Assembly: GCA_016930515.1 (NCBI GenBank)
Contig: JAFGGO010000063.1
Location: 1-30,682, forward strand
Direction: 5' to 3'
Length of the DNA stretch: 30,682 nucleotides
Source of the DNA: Promethearchaeota archaeon
GTDB taxonomy: Archaea > Asgardarchaeota > Lokiarchaeia > Sigyniarchaeales > SOKP01
Positions 25,183 to 30,682 of this stretch are shown piece by piece (within the stretch, counting starts at the first letter, position 1; each line of letters begins with the position of its first letter). Made by a program: the position numbers and the translations under genes. The notes under the pieces were generated by a model. The model searched no databases and was not told the DNA's origin. It saw only the letters and a list, made by a program, of their open reading frames with translations.

Positions 25183-26538
25183 ATGTGTGAATTACCCCCT
25201 GAATTTGACGATTTTGATTTACAACACTTATCCCGCCCAAATGCCTTACCTGAAGATATAGATTATGAAACTCATATCATTGGAACATATACGGCAATTC
25301 TTCCTAGAAAAATGGACGCTTTTTATATGATGCAGGCGGTTTGCGTTGAACAATCGACGGGAACTTTTGTTCCTGTTCCAGCCGAAACTCCCGAAACGCG
25401 TAGGAGACATGTAGCAAAGGTGATAGGTTTGTGGCAAATTCCTGATTTTGAATACGATGGTTCGGAAGACTTCTTTGGGAGCCCGAAACAAAGACAATAT
25501 GTAATACAGATTGCTTTCCCGCTGAATTTTAAACCCCAATTCCCCATGTTATTCACAACTATTTACGGCAATATTTCAATGGGTGGTCCCCTTAAGTTGG
25601 TTGATGTTCGGTTTCCTAAAGCCTTTTTGAGCGAATTTAAAGGGCCTAAATTTGGAGACGTGGGTATCAGAAAAATATTAGGCGTGAAAGAACGTCCACT
25701 CTTGAACAATATGATTAAACCTTGTGTTTACACCGATCCAAAAATAGGCGCAACATTAGCATATGATGCTGCAGTAGGTGGGTGTGATGTGATTAAGGAC
25801 GACGAACTCATAGCGGATGTTGAATTTAATCCCGTCATAGATAGGACAGTTGCTTTCATGGAAGCGCTTGACAAGGCGGATTCTGAGAAAGGAGAAAAAA
25901 CCCTCTATACGGTTAATATAACTGATAGAGTAGATAGAATGTTTGAGTTGGCCGATATAGTGCAAGAACATGGTGCTAACGCGTTGATGGTAAATCATAT
26001 CTCAACGGGATATTCGGCGATGAGAAAACTTGCAGAAGACCCAAGCGTTAAAGTTCCGATTTTGGGACACATGGACCTTGCAGGTGCTTTCTATCAGGAT
26101 CCATTGAGCGGCATTTCGAGTCCGTTGGTTTTAGGAAAATTTGGACGTTTAGCTGGCTGTGACACGATCGTCCATCCTGCACCGTATGGAAAAGCCCCTA
26201 CGCTTGCTGATAGATTCAAAGAAACAGCTCGCCAAATGGTAATGCCGATGAGAAATGCCCCCCATATCAAGAGAACGCTTCCAATGCCGAGTGGAGGCAT
26301 TACCGTGAGTCTAGTTGAAAAAGCGGTTGCTGATCTTGGAAAAAATATCATGATAGGAAGTGGCGGAGGCATTCACGCCCATCCTAGTGGTCCAATAGCG
26401 GGTGCCAAGGCCTTTAGGCAAGCAATTGATGCCGTAATGAACGGAATTCCCGTGAAGCAATACGCAAAAGACCATAAGGAGCTCGCAGAAGCATTAGGTT
26501 TATTTGGGTTTAAAAAGACCGAATTTACTTCCGTTTAA
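25183..26538 (+). CDS. RuBisCO-like protein (form IV RLP)
   Basis: EQSTGT, GPKFG, MIKP, DVIKDDE, YGK, PSGG and GGGIHAHP. Lacks the Lys177 (KPC) and Arg295 (HMD) equivalents of true carboxylases. Confidence 0.93.
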   Translation: MCELPPEFDDFDLQHLSRPNALPEDIDYETHIIGTYTAILPRKMDAFYMMQAVCVEQSTGTFVPVPAETPETRRRHVAKVIGLWQIPDFEYDGSEDFFGSPKQRQYVIQIAFPLNFKPQFPMLFTTIYGNISMGGPLKLVDVRFPKAFLSEFKGPKFGDVGIRKILGVKERPLLNNMIKPCVYTDPKIGATLAYDAAVGGCDVIKDDELIADVEFNPVIDRTVAFMEALDKADSEKGEKTLYTVNITDRVDRMFELADIVQEHGANALMVNHISTGYSAMRKLAEDPSVKVPILGHMDLAGAFYQDPLSGISSPLVLGKFGRLAGCDTIVHPAPYGKAPTLADRFKETARQMVMPMRNAPHIKRTLPMPSGGITVSLVEKAVADLGKNIMIGSGGGIHAHPSGPIAGAKAFRQAIDAVMNGIPVKQYAKDHKELAEALGLFGFKKTEFTSV

Positions 26539-26608
26539 AGATTTAATAACTATTAAAACTATTTTTTATTTTTATGAAATATTGAATGTTAATTGAGGAG
26601 AAATAGAA

Positions 26609-28009
26609 TTGGATTACGAGGAAAAAAAGCAAAAAATCGAAATTATTGTAAATTCTGAAATGAAGAAAATTAGAACAAACGAGCTTAAAGCAATCGTAGA
26701 AAGAATCGAAAGAAATCACCCGAAATCGAACGAGATTTATAAAAAGATGAAAGAAATTATTCCAGGTGGTGTGGAACACAACTTGGCTTTTAACTTTCCG
26801 TTCCCTCTCGCTAGTAAACGCGTTTACGATTGTTTTATGGAAACTGTTGATGATGTAAAGCTTACTGATTTTTTAATGTGTGGTGGGCCAATAATACTTG
26901 GACATAATTACAAACCGTTTATAGAAAAAATGATTGATGTCATCCAAAATGTAGGACCGTGTCACGGAATTACCAACGAATACGAGCTTATGGCTGCAGA
27001 AGCCTTACAACGACACTTCCCGTCCTGTGAGATGGTTAGATGGTATCAATCTGGAACTGAATCTGCGATGGCTGCAATCAGGGTTGCACGCACATTTACG
27101 AAGAAAAAATGGATAGTGAAAATTGGTGGTAGTTATCACGGATGGTCCGATCAACTCGTCTATGATTTGCATATACCTGGAACTAAGACTCTTGAATCTC
27201 ATGGAATACCTCCATCGACCTTTAAATGGATAGAATCAGTAAAACCAAATGATATCGAAGAATTAAAAGCTATCTTCAAAGAAAAAAGAAAGATTGCTGC
27301 GGTTATAATGGAACCAATGGGAGGCGAATCGGGAGCTAATCCAGTGAGACCTGAATTTAATAAAGAAGTCGAAGAGCTTTGCCACGAGAACGGAACTTTA
27401 CTGATATTTGACGAAGTTGTGTGTGCGTTCAGACTTTCTGATGGAGGAGGACAAAAGTATTACGGCGTGAAACCAGATATTTCGGTGTTTGGAAAAATAG
27501 TGGGACACGGTTTTCCTTCGGCAGGCGCTATAGGTGGTAGAAAAGACGTTGTGAGCGTTCTTGCCGGAGGCGTGGCAGGAGGCGATAAAAAGGCATACAC
27601 GGGAGGAACTATTGCTGCAAATCCCCTCACTTGCGCAGCAGCATATAACGCAATAAAGCTCATCGAAGAAACTAACGCTGTTGAAAAAGCGACCAAATGC
27701 GCTAATCGCCTTTCTGGAGGCCTTAATAAAGTGTTCCAATCACACGACCTTCCATGGTTCTCGTATAATGAGGGAGCAGCGATCCATATGCACACTAGCT
27801 GCGTCTTTGGATTAGATCTTAAAAATCCTACCCATATTGGTCAAATTAACGAGCGAAAAGAATTTATGGGACATTTAGGCGCTGCATTAGTCGATCAGGA
27901 AATCATATCCGTCGCTGGAAGTCGATTTTATACTTGCCTCCAACATTCAGACGAAATAATTGATTCCACGATTGAAAAAATAGATAAAATCTGTAAGCTC
28001 GTAGAATAA
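26609..28009 (+). CDS. Class III PLP aminotransferase (GSA-aminomutase-like)
   Basis: IPGGV, GPIILGH, SGTES, GSYHG, LIFDEV, FGKIVGHG (PLP Lys) and GTIAANP. Confidence 0.9.
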   Translation: MDYEEKKQKIEIIVNSEMKKIRTNELKAIVERIERNHPKSNEIYKKMKEIIPGGVEHNLAFNFPFPLASKRVYDCFMETVDDVKLTDFLMCGGPIILGHNYKPFIEKMIDVIQNVGPCHGITNEYELMAAEALQRHFPSCEMVRWYQSGTESAMAAIRVARTFTKKKWIVKIGGSYHGWSDQLVYDLHIPGTKTLESHGIPPSTFKWIESVKPNDIEELKAIFKEKRKIAAVIMEPMGGESGANPVRPEFNKEVEELCHENGTLLIFDEVVCAFRLSDGGGQKYYGVKPDISVFGKIVGHGFPSAGAIGGRKDVVSVLAGGVAGGDKKAYTGGTIAANPLTCAAAYNAIKLIEETNAVEKATKCANRLSGGLNKVFQSHDLPWFSYNEGAAIHMHTSCVFGLDLKNPTHIGQINERKEFMGHLGAALVDQEIISVAGSRFYTCLQHSDEIIDSTIEKIDKICKLVE

Positions 28010-28057
28010 ATTTCTAATTTTTTTGAGTTGTTTGAAATGTAAATATTTTTAAAAATC

Positions 28058-28189
28058 TTAATCTAAATCTAGATCGTCGCCGTTTAATTCTTCTAATTCG
28101 AGATATCGCCTCATAAAAGCAGCTTTTTTATCCAAAAACCTCATGCTTTCCCAATATATTCGGTCGACAACAAGTACTTCTTTACTCAT
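28058..28189 (-). CDS. Small hypothetical protein (43 aa)
   Basis: MSKEVLVVDRIYWESMRFLDKKAAFMRRYLELEELNGDDLDLD. ATG at 28189 is more plausible than the TTG at 28270. Confidence 0.55.
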   Translation of the reverse strand: MSKEVLVVDRIYWESMRFLDKKAAFMRRYLELEELNGDDLDLD

Positions 28190-28341
28190 TTTCACATCAA
28201 CTCTTTCAAATATAATTTTCAGTCTTAAGATAATAAATTTAGTTGCATTATTTAAGTTAATAGGGACCAATTTTTTGCAATAGTGAAAAAGTTAAAATAA
28301 TTTATAGTAAATGTGATTGACTAATAATAATTTTATGAGAG

Positions 28342-28686
28342 TCAATATTGCTTGTAGTGACCGTCGTACCAATCCCTTTGGGATCTTTGGATGTCTTCGG
28401 GCATATCCTCGAAAGGAGAGACTTCTTCGTCTAATTCAAATTCAATACCCATCCGAACATTCGTTTTTGGATGCACATATCCCGTCTTGGCAATTCCAGT
28501 TGCGGCTCTACGTGCGATGCGTCGCGCAATCAGGGAGGCGCCTTTGATGTAAAAATATTTCCATTTTTTCTCGTCGTCGAGTAATTCTAAAAATACGCCC
28601 TCGTGCATTCCGTCAATAGATTCAATGGGATCGAACGCGCCTTTTTTGTCGTCCCATTTTAAAAGCACTTTCTTTTTATCAGCCAT
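28342..28686 (-). CDS. Hypothetical protein, possibly a divergent single gelsolin-like domain
   Basis: Beta-beta-helix pattern VFLELLDDEKKWKYFYIKGASLIARRIARRAATGI. Confidence 0.7.
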   Translation of the reverse strand: MADKKKVLLKWDDKKGAFDPIESIDGMHEGVFLELLDDEKKWKYFYIKGASLIARRIARRAATGIAKTGYVHPKTNVRMGIEFELDEEVSPFEDMPEDIQRSQRDWYDGHYKQY

Positions 28687-28817
28687 GTTATTTCATCTAA
28701 ATCCATTTCTTGTAAGTAAATGCTTGCACATTTAAAGTAAAAGTAAATATTTTTAAATATTTGGCTTCGTTCACTAAAGGCTAATTTTTTAATTGTCTGC
28801 ATTATTATTTACTCACG

Positions 28818-29573
28818 ATGATAGACGAAAAATTAATTGACGAAGCAGTAGATATCATCAGGAACTCTGAGCGCATCGTTTTCTTCACGGGTGCTGGTCA
28901 TTCCACGGAATCTGGCATAGAAGATTTCAGATCCCCTGGTGGAATATGGGATAGATACGATCCCTCGATTTACGCGAGTTATCAATTTTTTCTAAGAGAT
29001 CCAAGTAAGTTTTGGTCCTTACATAAAGAATTAGAAAAAATTATGCAAAATGTTGAGCCGAATCCTGGTCATTATGCTATTGCTGAACTAGAGAAGATGG
29101 GGAAAGTAAGCGCCATCATTACTCAGAACATCGACATGCTCCACCAAAGAGCGGGAAGTGGTTCTTATAAAAACATTCCAATATACGAATTACATGGATC
29201 CTATGGCAAACTCGAATGCGTCAAGTGTCATACCATTTCTAATATTGAAGATGTTGATTACCATAGTGTTGATTATCCCGTTTGTAATTGTGGAGGTTAT
29301 ATCAAGCCCCGTGTAGTACTTTTTGGGGAGGCATTGCCAACGGGGGTGTTAGAAGGTGCAATGAGAATGGCAGCCAATTGTGATTGCTTTATTTTAGTTG
29401 GGTCTTCGTTGCAAGTTTCTCCTGCTAATTTTATGCCAAGTATTGCCAAGGAAAACGGAGCAAAAACCATTTTTATCAATAAAGAACCAACCGCAATGAA
29501 TCACCTCGCAGATTTATTTCTTGAAACGATGTCCGCTCCCGTTTTGAGCAAGATCATCGAAAAATTACGCTAA
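28818..29573 (+). CDS. cobB: Sir2-family NAD-dependent protein deacylase
   Basis: TGAGHSTESGIEDFR, TQNIDMLHQRAG, ELHGS, CxxC...CxC, VLFGE and VGSSL. Confidence 0.95.
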   Translation: MIDEKLIDEAVDIIRNSERIVFFTGAGHSTESGIEDFRSPGGIWDRYDPSIYASYQFFLRDPSKFWSLHKELEKIMQNVEPNPGHYAIAELEKMGKVSAIITQNIDMLHQRAGSGSYKNIPIYELHGSYGKLECVKCHTISNIEDVDYHSVDYPVCNCGGYIKPRVVLFGEALPTGVLEGAMRMAANCDCFILVGSSLQVSPANFMPSIAKENGAKTIFINKEPTAMNHLADLFLETMSAPVLSKIIEKLR

Positions 29574-29579
29574 ACTCTT

Positions 29580-29927
29580 CTAGATGGGAAGGTAAAATTT
29601 ACATAACAAACATTGATTTGCGCTAATCCTACGTTCGGGACCAAGGATTATGAATCTTTTTTCCATATCTCCCCCACATTTTGGACAAGAGCGTTGAAAG
29701 TTGTTCTTTATTTCTTCTAATACTTTTTCTATTCCTTTTTCTAACCGAAGTATCTCGTTTGCGTTTTCAATGATTTTTTTTGCAGATATTACACCGATGC
29801 CTTTGACGAACGCTAAATCTTCGGGCCTTGCTTCCGCTAATTGCTCGATGGTCTTTATTCCTGCTTTAAACAATCTTGAAGCCGCAGCAGGGCCTATTCC
29901 TTTTACACGCTCAATCTCTTCGGACAT
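29580..29927 (-). CDS. Helix-hairpin-helix protein with C-terminal Zn ribbon
   Basis: Two HhH motifs (VKGIGP, VKGIGV) and CPKC...CLLC. Confidence 0.85.
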   Translation of the reverse strand: MSEEIERVKGIGPAAASRLFKAGIKTIEQLAEARPEDLAFVKGIGVISAKKIIENANEILRLEKGIEKVLEEIKNNFQRSCPKCGGDMEKRFIILGPERRISANQCLLCKFYLPI

Positions 29928-30139
29928 TTTTTCAATTCTTTAGGTGGGTGTAGTCTAAATTGTGAAAGTAATATTTACAATCCTTATCTATGTGCATTAA
30001 TAATTAATGCTAATTCTTAATCTTTTTTCGTACTGCAACAATAGAGCAGTTGTAATCTATAGATTTCAAATTCCATTATTATTTTTAAAATTGAATAATT
30101 TAAAATAAGCGTACCAGTTTATATATTACGTTATTTAAC

Positions 30140-30682
30140 ATGTCAGAAAAAAAACTTATAAGCCTAGTTCAAAAATATAACTATTTGATGGGTCAAGCAA
30201 TTCAAGGGCCGAATTGTGTGGATCCAACCATCTGTTTGGGAGATTGCTGTTCGATTCGAATTGATGTTCCAAAAAAGTTGGCAGAAGAATATATTAAAAG
30301 AAAATATGCCAAGGAAACAGATTTTATAAGAAGTAATATTTTTACATTTCAACTAAGATTTAACGAGAGTACGACAAAATGTTTCTTATTTGATAAATCC
30401 ATTAATGGTTGTTCAGTTCATGATTCGGGTATTAAACCCCCTCAATGCTGGATATATCCCACTGGTTTTTCGAGCGAGGATAAAATACCTATTAAATGTA
30501 AAAAAGCTAGTGGATGGTTCATTATGGATAAAGAAAAAGCCCAAAAGGCTAAAAAATTATTGGATGAGTATATAAATCTCTGTAAAATCGAAGCAGAAGA
30601 AGAAAAGGAAAAAATTGTTGAAAGAATTCAGCAAAATTCATTGCTAAATCTTATCAAAACAATTGCTCCATCTCATTTAGGA
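30140..30682 (+). CDS. YkgJ-like (CxxCxxCC) cysteine-cluster protein, 3' end outside the window
   Basis: Not in the ORF track. Manual translation MSEKKLISLV...NCVDPTICLGDCC...KCFLFD...GCSVH...KPPQCWIYP stays open to the window end. Confidence 0.85.
   Translation, partial: MSEKKLISLVQKYNYLMGQAIQGPNCVDPTICLGDCCSIRIDVPKKLAEEYIKRKYAKETDFIRSNIFTFQLRFNESTTKCFLFDKSINGCSVHDSGIKPPQCWIYPTGFSSEDKIPIKCKKASGWFIMDKEKAQKAKKLLDEYINLCKIEAEEEKEKIVERIQQNSLLNLIKTIAPSHLG

Noticed and set aside
25183-26538. Carbon-fixing form III RuBisCO
   Set aside because: Key carboxylase residues (Lys177 and Arg295 equivalents) are substituted, and there are no AMP phosphorylase or R15P isomerase neighbours.
26609-28009. hemL (tetrapyrrole synthesis)
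   Set aside because: GSAM-like, but there are no hem genes nearby and it is co-oriented directly behind an RLP, so the symbol was withheld.
327-30575. Short antisense or overlapping ORFs in the track (e.g. 327-692, 12897-13343, 24227-24562, 27398-27795, 30164-30352, 30390-30575)
   Set aside because: Shadows of well-supported genes on the other strand or frame, with no motifs.

Overview
AT-rich archaeal DNA, most likely an Asgard archaeon of the Lokiarchaeia type. This is inferred from archaeal TATA/GGTGA signals, Taw2, a PriS-type primase domain, IFT52/GldG-like and gelsolin-like domains, and motifs I recall from Loki proteins. Left ~10 kb (accessory): four tandem paralogous membrane-protein genes, a Zn-finger pseudogene, a nuclease-like/SDR fusion, a 296-aa orphan with a C-terminal PCNA PIP-box, a 716-aa repeat protein, a CARF-wHTH regulator and a nuclease-primase fusion. 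The standout signal is the unannotated gap at 5220-5860. It holds four diverged copies of a ~90-120 nt minus-strand structured element with covarying helices, a box C/D-type kink-turn in three copies and a 7-nt AA-NNN-CA loop. Each copy has its own TATA-like element, and the last copy runs directly into the PIP-box gene, suggesting an undescribed ncRNA-array/protein system. The remainder holds a nitrogen module (nadE, amt-glnK, RHH regulator sharing a putative operator, small ORF), nth, an RNA-modification cluster, a RuBisCO-like-protein/FGGY-kinase/aminotransferase cluster, a sirtuin and small proteins. All calls come from reading motifs by eye; no searches were run.
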